The translations under genes and the position numbers were made by a program. Shown here piece after piece: positions 12,582 through 22,960 of a stretch of DNA of 64,000 nt. The DNA is from Glycera tridactyla (Eukaryota): contig OZ286473.1 in NCBI GenBank assembly GCA_965644265.1, positions 63,860,001 to 63,924,000 on the forward strand, written 5' to 3'. The notes under the pieces are model-generated. The model saw nothing but the letters and a program-made list of their open reading frames with translations. It did not search any database and was not told the origin of the DNA. Every line of letters begins with the position of its first letter. The first letter of the stretch is position 1.

Positions 12582-12732
12582 TTATCAAAACGGAGGTGTT
12601 TGCCACCTTCTTTTTTTATACACAGTCCATATCATGATGCACAAACAGTCCACTTATCATAAAAAAACATCAAAGTTTAGGTACCTTACCAAGTAGGCGA
12701 AACTTAATTTTCACTGGCTGGCTCCCGGACTA
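12582..12732 (-). repeat. Right imperfect terminal inverted repeat of Academ copy 1
   Basis: The reverse complement starts TAGTCCGGGAGCCA...TTTCGCCTACTTGGTAAGGTACCT and aligns to the left end with a ~11-bp indel after the terminal 14 bp. Confidence 0.8.
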
Positions 12733-14502
12733 TCATGACAGGATATTCACAAGACATCCGCAACTATGGTAACAAGGGGGTAGGGCCACGCTTGAGGAAT
12801 ATGAGGCAGCACTTCTATATTGCAGTGTTTTTGTCAGGGTAACTACACGTGAATAGGTGATCCCAGTCCCAAAGGTGATAGCCAATCACATGCTAAAATT
12901 ACAAGGAATGATGATCATAGCTGTTGGAGAGTGAATGGTCTCTCTCAAGGTCAAGAGAGTTCATAACTGAAGACATCAGGTCTGCGATTTCCAAATCTGA
13001 TGCATTCTCGTTCTTCAGGTACTGTGTTATGTTCATAGCATTTTTTCGAACTCGAGTGTCAATCTCAAGCTAGTGACATATACATATAAAGTAATGAACG
13101 TGTATATAAATGAACATCTGTCTGATGTGAGAGCTACTTCATCTCGACAGTATTCCTCATTCTCCATCATCTTATGTTCAGGGCTCGTGGGAGTGTTGCC
13201 AGCAGGTTATGGAACATCCAACTTTCAAAGATCAGAAACACCGGCATACATAACCGAACAATAGCATCTGAGTATCACTGAAATGGGCCACATATAATTG
13301 TAATAGTACTATCTGAAGGCATCTTAAGGTTGGAGTAATTGTGATGGTTAGATTCAAGAGCATTTCTCGAGCTTTCCCCGCACATTTACTGAGTGTCTGC
13401 GTCTGTAACCAGGAATAACCAACACTGCAGAACTAAAAAACTCAGTATCCATGAAGAGCTTACACGTGTCTATACAATTCGGGTATGAGCATACACAATG
13501 ATTCATGGAATGTACCCTATATGATTGTGGTATCTAGAGGCTGTCTGGAAGTGATAACAACTATGGATGATAGGTACAGGTATATCTCTCATGGTCATTT
13601 CGTACACCAACTGAGAGTGTTGATTGATTAATCAACAGTAAAGAAATAAATATCAATTGTGAGTTCACTACTACTTTGAGAGGACCCGAACTTCACCAGG
13701 AGGTAATTGTGATATGTTCACACCTTTCATTGGGAAAAAAGATTGTGATGGTTGAATTCAACGTTATATGGCACATTCACTGATGATCCGAATCGCAATA
13801 AAAAAGGGGAGTAGCATCGCCCTTGGTCTTGGAGGAGGTATTGAACCATCAAGTATTCACTGACAATTATTCATCTCCGTGGCAAAATTTCTAAATCACT
13901 AAGGTACTGTTTCAGTGGGAGATCTTTAGCATGGCTGAAACGGACCCCTTTTGATTTTAATATGTAGAGGATGCCTCAAGGTGATGGTAAGATCCAAGGA
14001 CATCTTTCAAGGTTATCTGGTCAATCCACTGAGGGATCGAACCGAACCAAGAAGGTGAACATCCATTCACCATTGTTTTGTCACAATATGGCACGATTGC
14101 CCACGTATTGCCACGGGGCACCCGATTATCAGGGAAATGGGCTGGGTGTATGGAGTGTATGGAGTGTGAGAAGTTCACTCGGCTGCCAACCAAGATTATC
14201 CAGAATTATGAGCCATTGAGTCAACATGCCAAGTTATTCCACGCAGCCTATTTCTAGCTTCAACAACACCTTGCACCAAGATGTATATACACTAAGTGGG
14301 AAGCACTTGTCGCAATATCAATCTCAAATCAGCATAGATAGATTCCATTTTAGTGTTCTCTCGTCGATGCTGTCGCACCTGTCACTATCGAAATTGTCGA
14401 ATTGTTTTTACTCCTTTGATTCTCATCGTTTTGAATCTTGTATGACATTGTGGTTTTCTGTTGTTCATGCACTGCCAGATCCCTGGACACTTTCATACCC
14501 AT

Positions 14503-14555
14503 AATCATCATCATCATCATCATCATTATCATCATCATTATCATCATCATCATCA
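14503..14555. repeat. (ATC)n microsatellite (also ~55635-55687)
   Basis: Direct reading. Confidence 0.95.
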
Positions 14556-15629
14556 CATTATTTTGCAATACTCTTCCTAACTCACGCTTGATTGACAAAC
14601 GGAAATCGCATGAGAAATGACTGATAACTTACCACAATTGATATACTTCAACAGGGATAACAGGTGGTACGTACCTTGAAACAGAAAGCAGAACCAAGAT
14701 GTGTTATATTTTAGCATCAACACACGAATGTTATACTTCGAAATAGCAAAACCAAAATGGGGTTGGGTCAGGGTGTATTCATGCAGTATGCAGTTTATAT
14801 TGATCTCATGATTTATCTCATCAACAACAAAAATTCTTTCCATGAAACTTCATTCAGGTTTGGTTTGGTTTGGTTGACTGTTTTGACTGATCACAGTCCA
14901 GTACCACTGCCAGAGCCGGAAGGTTCTGATCTTCCCAGTGCTGCTTAGCTATTTATGGGTGACAGGTCTAATCTTGGCAAGGCGCAACCCTCTGCCTGTG
15001 ATTGAATTTTGAACCTCCTGTCTTATGCCTGCATATGTGTGTATGCTGAGGAGGGGTATTGGTGTAGCTGGATTCCGTAGTCACTTATCATAGCACCACT
15101 GCTAACCTAGGACCATTGTTTTCAGATCCCAGATAGGCGCTCACTACATCACCCAGCCCTAGTGGTGTGTAGCTCATGCCTCTTTCCGTGTTTTGAGCTC
15201 AAGATTGGGGGCCCAGACCACTGGTGTAGTCTGTGACTATTAGTGCAGTGTTTGGTCTGCCCATACTGGTACTCTCTGCTTCCTCACATCCTGCCGTGGT
15301 CACCCATAACACAACTAGCTGCAGCTACAGCTGTTCTAAATTTGAGTCAAGTGTGAAGAAGCTACCACTACACCACGCTTTCCTCTACATACAAATATCG
15401 GTGATTGATTGATCTAGGTTTGATATTGATACAGTGAGTAAGTTGATATTGACTTTGTGCTCAACTGAGATGAGGACTTTTCTCTCCCATTAGGATTCAT
15501 TCGAATAGAATTTCGATGAGAACTACATACCTTCCATGAGATGAGAATGATATAAACATATGACTTCTTATTCTGTATTCTATGGTTGTGATTGTCATGT
15601 ACTGAAGTGAGTCAGTGAATGAGTCAATG

Positions 15630-17207
15630 AATGTTCAATGCTTGGATTCGCTGAGATGAGATTGATCAATACTCTAGCCAGAAGTGAGTGAGTGGATGTT
15701 CAATGCTTGGATTCGTTTGGATGAGATTGATAAATACTCTAGCCAGAAGTGAGTGAGTGGATGTTCAATGCTTGGATTCGCTGAGATGAGATTGATAAAT
15801 ACTCTAGCCAGAAGTGAGTGAGTGGATGTTTAATGCTTGGATTCGTTGAGATAGGATTGATAAATACTCTAGCCAGAAGTGGGTGAGTGGATGTTCAATG
15901 CTTGGATTCGCTGAGATGAGATTGATAAATACTCTAGCCAGAAGTGAGTGAGTGGATGTTAAATGCTTGGATTCGCTGAGATGAGATTGATATATACTTT
16001 AGCCAGAAGTGAGTGAGTTGATGTTCAATGCTTGGATTCGTTTGGATGAGATTGATAAATACTCTAGCCAGAAGTGAGTGAGTGGATGTTCAATGCTTGG
16101 ATTCGCTGAGATGAGATTGATAGATACTCTAGCCAGAAGTGAGTGAGTGGATGTTCAATGCTTGGTTTCGCTAAGATGAGATTGATGAATACTCTAGTCA
16201 GCAGTTAGTGAGTGGATGTTCAATGCTTGGATTCGTTAGGATAGGATTGATAAATACTCCAGCCAGAAGTGAGTGAGTGGATGTTCAATGCTTGGATTCG
16301 CTGAGATAAGATTGATGCATACTCTAGTCAGAAGTGAGTGAGTGGATGTTCAATGCTTGGATTCGCTAAGATGAGAATGATAGATACTCTAGCCAGAAGT
16401 GAGTGAGTGGATGTTCAATGCTTGGATTCGTTGAGATAGGATTGATAAATACGCTAGCCAGAAGATAGTGAGTGGATGTTCAATGCTTGGATTCGCTGAG
16501 TTGAGATTGATGAATACACTAGCCAGAAGTGAGTGAGTGGATGTTCAATGCTTGGATTCGCTGAGATGAGATTGATCAATACTCTAGCCAGAAGGCAGTG
16601 AGTGGATGTTCAATGCTTGGATTCGCTGAGATGAGATTGATAAATACGCTAGCCGAAAGTGAGTGAGTGGATATTCAATGCTTGGATTTGGTGAGATAGG
16701 ATTGATAAATACTCTAGCCAGAAGTGAGTGAGTGGATGTTCAATGCTTGGATTCGCTGAGATGGGATTGTTATATACTACAGCCGAAAGTGAGTTAGTAA
16801 ATGTGTCATGTATGGATTCAATCAGATGAGATTGATATATACTACACCCAGCGAATGTTGTATGCTTGTATTCAATGAGGTGAGATTGTTCTATACTACT
16901 TTTAAGAGTAAGATAGTGAATGTTTCCTGCTTGTAGTTGATGAGATGAGGTTGTTCTATGCTACAGTCAGACAGTTGGTGAATGTTCCATGCTATTATTC
17001 GATGGGAGGAATGCGATATATACTAGAGCAAGGAGTGAGTCAGTTGAGGTTCCATACTTGGATTCGATGAGATGAGATTGTTATATGCCATTGCCAGAAA
17101 TGACTGAACGAATGTTGCAAGCTTTGATTCGATGAGATGAGATTGTTATATACTACAGCTAGAAGTGAGTTGGTAAATGTTTCATGCCTGTATTCGATGA
17201 GAACCAC
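15630..17207. repeat. 65-bp tandem repeat array: 18 conserved units plus ~7 degenerate units
   Basis: Consensus TCAATGCTTGGATTCGCTGAGATGAGATTGATAAATACTCTAGCCAGAAGTGAGTGAGTGGATGT. The CTTGGAT anchor recurs at 15641, 15706, 15771 ... 16746 (period 65), then decays to ~17200. Confidence 0.95.
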
Positions 17208-19674
17208 TTTATATGGGGCTTTCATCTTTGGATGCATGAATGATGAAGTATCACAGTCTGACATGGATCTGACATGCCATCAATCTCCATCTCCACTCTG
17301 GTTGCCAAGGTTACAAACCTCCACCAAATCTGGGAACGAAACAAAGGAAACAAGTTGATTACTACATCTATGTCACACCATCACAAAGCCAAGCAAAGCA
17401 ATCATATATGTCCGAGCAATGGTGGATTATGTCGAAGTGAGATTGACAATGGGATGCTGAGGTGGCACGAATTCGACTTGTCAAGCCGCGAAAAGTAATC
17501 CATCAACTGGTTGTCAAGGAGACGCCCTCAAAATCGACACCATGTGGAATATCCTCTATCCTCCATCTTGATGGACCCAACTGCTTATTCGTTTTTTGTC
17601 AAAATATACGGTTCTGAAGTCAAAGAGGTGGTGGAAGAATAGATCATGATTATCAAATGAAAAGGGTGACGTAGGTATCAATACATGAAACATACTCATT
17701 CAGACAGAAAGGCACATGCTATCAAACTCACCTTATTGTGTTGTTCAGACATTGACTAATATACCAAGCTTTCGTTTGGCCTGATTTCCCAGAACAGATG
17801 CAGATCTCGGGCATCCAGGTGCATTTCTCGGGCAATCACTTTTTTTTTCGAATGGGAAATAATGCCTCAGAATTGGATCGTGTTAATTCTTAGCTCATAG
17901 AATCCTAAAGAGTTGACTCTGGTGGAAGAAAATTATATTTCATCTAGAAAGTTGAGCAGTCGGTTAATGAGTACTTTTTTGTCCGATTGTTCATTCTCCT
18001 TATTAAGAATTAAATATATATATATGGAGTTAGGTTATTTTATTGAGGATTCTGATTGAAATTGACTGTCAGAATCCTCACTGAATCACATTAATGTGTT
18101 TCTGTTTTATGTCTGTGCGAAGGTAGAGGTCCCACCGGAATTTGGATGCGCTACCTTTATGGCAAATTGTTTGCTTTATACTATTGGCACAATGTGTGTG
18201 TGTGAGTTTGGGTGAATTAGATCCATCTATGTGGTCACTTCAATACATGGACCACATTTGCTCTCATTTTAGGAAGATTTACACTGGTTGCTTTTGGACA
18301 CCATCTGAATATCAGAAGCTTAGCGGCTGGTATCACAGTTGCGTGTTGCACACTTATCAGTATTTATTGTATGTGATTCATTACCAGATTATGGGTCATA
18401 TCGACTTGTGTATCACCTCAATGTCTGCAGCCAGCAGCGGCTGTCATCTGTCCTCCCTAAGAGCGGACACAGCCTTGCTCCCTGAGTGATGCCACTAATT
18501 TGATAGCTAGCCTCCCACTCCCATAATACCCCTCACAAATAAATCTCGGTAACTAGGAATCCATTCACTGCAGATTGCCCATACGATGGGGACTTGCTCT
18601 GCTGGATTAGATTTGGCTTCGTTACTGCATGTGTCACCGTTGACGTCTCCACTTGTTCTGTATTTAGGTCCGGCTGCCGGTAACATGAACAGAAATAGCA
18701 ACTTACTACATAAACCCCCACTCAACCACGATTATATGAAGCAACTCTTTCTTGTCATAATCGCATGGACGATTCAGTAATTATCTATATACTTTTCAGA
18801 TCGACTAAATCTTATTTGTGCCAAGACATTATATTTTATTCATGTCAAGTAAATGTATCTCGTTTGAGCCAGTTAACTGAATTTTATTCGAAGTATGTCT
18901 GCCGACTTCCATTGAAATGCATTTGATTGCCTGAAATGTATATGAATTTGTTGCATTTGAAGGAAGTGTTTATTGTTGTCATGCGACAATTAGTGATATT
19001 GTCCCATTCTTTCGCCTATTGCTACGATTGGATGGTTTTTTTTTATTGCTTCAGGTGCGAACGTCAGTCGGTAATTAAGAAGAGGTGGTATTGACAACAA
19101 TCGAACTTGCAGAACGCCGCCTGTTGCCCCTCGACCTCGAATGTTCTGTGGCGAATCAGCTCTGGCATGCTCGCATCATGTGACCAGGGCGGTATGTACT
19201 GATACAGAAAACCACATGTGCTACAACCCTTCGGTTTATCATCCGCTTCCGAACCAACACAGTAGCAGGTGATTACATACACGCTAGACCCGATATCGGA
19301 TGAAAAGATGAATGGTTATGCATATGAAGTATGCAACAGATCTGTCTGATACTTATTTATTCCACACTTATAGATATAATTTATGCATTTGCAGGTTTCT
19401 GTGACCGAGTATTTTCAATCTCAGTGGTGCGGACGCCCATATGACATGCATTTCTGGATCTGTCCATTGATAGATTACCGCCGTTTGGGCACTGTCATCA
19501 AAATTTCAAAAATATCTGGAATCGACTGGAGAATATTCTTTGATATTTGTATCCAATCAGCTGTGTCATAATAAATCTATAATGGTAATTCAGTGAATTA
19601 ATCCCTCCATTAATCCATCCATCCAGCAAGCTATCCATCTAGCCATCCATCATCTCTGCAAGTCTGTTCCTCTG

Positions 19675-19675
<1 letters not shown>

Positions 19676-19724
<49 letters not shown>
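19676..19724. repeat. (TG)n microsatellite
   Basis: Direct reading. Confidence 0.95.
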
Positions 19725-19725
<1 letters not shown>

Positions 19726-19984
19726 TGTCCTTCTGACCATGTGTTGTCTAAACAAATCCTCGTCTGGATGCTTTCACAATCTTTTATATAGTGTCATCAT
19801 ATCATTCTATGATCTGTAGACCTGAAGTATATTCCTGTATCAGTATTCATGGAGACAGAATTGATTGGGGTTTAATTGGAGAATGATGCAATATGCCTTG
19901 TAGTAGGTAGGTGTCTCAAGGGAACATTAAGGAAATGACCACTGGTAATGGTGCCAATGGACAGTATATATCCCGCTCTGCTAT

Positions 19985-20100
19985 ATCCCCACTCTCTTCT
20001 TTTATCTTTCTGATCGACCCTCTCCCTCCTTTCTCTCACTCGGATTCTCTCACCCTGTCACTCTACCTCTCTCCGTTTATCTTTCGACCAATCTTTTCTC

Positions 20101-20141
<41 letters not shown>

Positions 20142-20395
20142 TTATCCTCTCCCTCACATTTCTTCCATCTGCCCAGATCATCCTCATTCCCCTTCTCTCT
20201 TTCACCTGGAATCACTCTCTCTCTCTCTATCTGAGTCTCTACTACCCTCCTCTTTCTACCTTATCTATCTCCACTCATCCTTCTCTCCCAGTCCCAAGTC
20301 TTCCGCTGTCCCTTTGCCTCTTTCATCTTTATTCCCTCTAACCTGCACCCTCCCTCTTTCCTATCCTACATCTCTCTATTTCGCTCTCTCTCAGT
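19985..20395. repeat. CT-rich low-complexity tract with (CT)n core
   Basis: Pyrimidine-rich tract with pure (CT)n at ~20103-20135. The counterpart in copy 2 is ~62095-62950 and contains an N-gap. Confidence 0.9.
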
Positions 20396-21769
20396 TTTTC
20401 ATTGGATAGTGACGCAATATGCAAATGGGGAGGCAGGTGCATCAAGAAGGCACATTAAGGAAATGACCACTGGTCTTGGTGCCGATGGCCTGTTTATATC
20501 AATTTTCCTCCTTGATGATATCATCATATGGAAAGATGCATACAAATCAGCGTCATTATATGTGACTCGCATCCGCTGCCATTTCCGGGAATATGTTGCC
20601 ATGGATACTGGCGTCTCATTACAATCCAAAGGTCTTCTATCCACTCATCATTTACCATGAATGGCCAATATTTTACCGGCGTTCTCCCAATGAGTTTCAG
20701 TCAGGAAAACATATGGGATTCACAGGGAGTACATGAAACCCAAAAGTCTGATTAAAGAAGTCAATTAATCAATCATACTTTATGTTTTTATCAATCCTGC
20801 TATCTTCATCCATTGGTAAGTCAATCACTCATTCAATCAGTATCAGATGCGTTTCGAGGACCAGTCACTTGATTCAGAAATCACACCGTCCCGTAAGTTG
20901 TCTCTGCGGCAGTCTGCATGTCTGTCCGCTTGTCTATCAGTCAGCCAATAGTTCAGCCCAGAGGATAATCTACACCGAGTATTCATCCTGTCCCTTTGCC
21001 TTTCTGTTCCAGCCTCTTCCTGTATGTGTGTGTGTGTGTGTTTGTAGGTGTGTGTGTGCGTGTGTGTGTGTATCTGTCTCTTTGTCCATCTGGCTGTTTG
21101 TCTCTCTGTGTCTGTCTGCCTGCCGCTCGACAGGCTGCCAACTCACTCGTCTGTCTGTCAGTGTGTCCAATCTTCCACCTGTCCACGTGTCTGTTTGAAT
21201 ATCTGCCCGCTCAACTGCCTGCCCACACACCTGTCCGTCTATTCATTCGTCAGTCTGTCCATCAACCCGTCTGTCTACCTATCCCTCTGAGCATCTGTTT
21301 GTCCATCAGTGTTCACCTGTACCGTCAGGAATCTTGTGCGACAAGTTATAGATAAGTGTAGGTCATGTGATCTCACAATTTAGCGCTTAATATAGATCCA
21401 CAGTTGGTGGTGTGCACAGCTGAGATAAGCCGAGCATGATGATCGTTGACTAACTATGGGATGCTGGACCAGCCATGCTGTGGACACTTGAAAGAGATGC
21501 TTGCATGCCAACATGGGATGAGAAGATTTATCAGAGCAGGAGGCTTGCTCGATGACATCTGCCTTATCTGTATCTTATTCAGTTTGTTTAATTCAATGCA
21601 CAACCTCATCCTCATGCAATACCGATGGGGGAGTAGTAAAGGAAGGCGTGGCGGGAGGAGAAGAAGGAAGAAGAGCAGGAGGAGGAGGAGGAGGAGTAGG
21701 AGGAGGGCAAGATGGAGGAGAAAAAGTAAGATGTGTCGATGGTGTTGAGAGGATTGTGAGATATAATCA

Positions 21770-22960
21770 AGCAATCGTAATAGACATTACTCCTGAGAGC
21801 AGACAGGGATCTTTGTGATTTCATCATACAACCAGGATCAAAAATCCGATCAGACAAAGCATTTCATTCAAGTTGTACTCTGCATTCAATGTCGGGAATG
21901 TGATCATGACAAGGGCTGCAAACTTTTGTCAGGGAGAGAAGGTTTGTGTTGGTGAAGCCAACCAATATTGCTGTTGACATTTGGCGTCTAGAGACATGTG
22001 CCAGGGTCTTATATGGGTAGTAAATCTTAACTGGAAGCACTGCCCACATAAGGCCACTACCCACATTATACCCTGACAGTCAGGGTCTCATATGGGTAGT
22101 GATTCTTATCTGGAAGCGCTCCCCAAATTAGCATCGCTACCCATATAAGACCTTGACTGTCAGGGTCTTATATGGGTAGTTGGCCTTATGTGGGAGTAGC
22201 CTATTTCCTGGCCAGACACTCAACTTTTGGCCTTACCAACCAACCCACCAGGTCACCCAGGTCACTCTGATGAATGCTGTATGCTCAGCATCCCGGTGCA
22301 TCGCTTGGTTCGCCTGTGATTGACCAGCTCCCACATAAGGCCAGCAGTCAGAGTCTTATACGGGTAGTTGACCTCATGTGGGAGTAGCCTATTTTCCGGC
22401 CAGACACTCGAATTCTAGCCCCACCAACCAACCTAACAGGTCATTTGGGTCACTCTGGTGAATGCTGTATGCTCAAGACCCCTTTACATCACTTGGTTTG
22501 GCTGTGATTGACCAACTCCCACATGAGGACACCAGTCAGGGTCTTATATGGGCAGTGGCCTTATGTGGGCAGCGCTCCTAGTTGGGACTACCCATATAAG
22601 ACCCTGACACACGTGCTTATCCGAAAGGTTGTACTACCAGCTCTAATTTCCCATGTGATTTTCAACACCTTAGCCTGATTGAATGCTAGCCTACTCAGAC
22701 TTAGGCATCATTCTTGTTCACCGTCAAGTGGCAAAAACTAGGCAATATTACTGTTGCCAGTTGTCTCCGGTAGGCCTGCAGGGTTGTAGTAGAAGCTTCA
22801 GTTTACTGTGTGATTGGCATCTTTTTGTCCTGATTGTATGCCTAACTGGAGGCGAAAGGTATTGGTAGGCACCTGTTATCCGTGAGAGAATCAATATAAT
22901 CATTCTCATCATCAATGGGATGCCAGAAGGCCTGCTGTCACTCAGTTGGAGAGTCCACCA
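21770..22960 (-). repeat. Inverted paralog of 3624-4212, interrupted by the 611-bp foldback element
   Basis: Alignable on both sides of the insertion at roughly 80-90% identity by eye. Confidence 0.9.
21999..22609. mobile_element. Non-autonomous foldback/MITE-like element, 611 bp, TG..CA termini, possible 4-bp TSD (Ginger-like)
   Basis: ~80-bp imperfect TIRs start TG(C/T)CAGGGTCTTATATGGGTAGT. Flanks are CATG (21995-21998) and CACG (22610-22613). Two internal 188-bp direct repeats are present (anchors at 22161, 22349, 22537). The element is absent from the paralogous site at 3984-3987. Confidence 0.75.

Larger units (their letters stand above)
5738..12732 (+). mobile_element. Academ (AcademX-type) DNA transposon, full length (6995 bp), copy 1
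   Basis: Left end TAGTCCGGGAGCCA (5738-5751) is the exact reverse complement of the right end TGGCTCCCGGACTA (12719-12732). TCA flanks both ends (5735-5737, 12733-12735). The single long frame encodes DDE-like plus XPG-like domains and a terminal Cys cluster. That architecture and a 3-bp TSD match the described Academ superfamily. Confidence 0.9.
1..21000 (+). repeat. Segmental duplication, copy 1 (left boundary lies outside the window)
   Basis: Base 1 aligns with 41171 and the ORF track repeats almost verbatim at an offset of ~41.13-41.46 kb. Near-identity runs to ~18340; diverged homology is recognisable to ~21000. Confidence 0.95.

Noticed and set aside
14953-15309. MITE defined by the 11-bp inverted repeat TTATGGGTGAC...GTCACCCATAA
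   Set aside because: No TSD, no extension, and it is already mismatched in copy 2. An 11-bp inverted match within ~400 bp is expected a few times by chance in 40 kb.
15630-17207. CRISPR-like array or coding repeat
   Set aside because: Units are near-identical along their whole length with no unique spacers, 65 is not a multiple of 3, no ORF spans it, and the context is eukaryotic.
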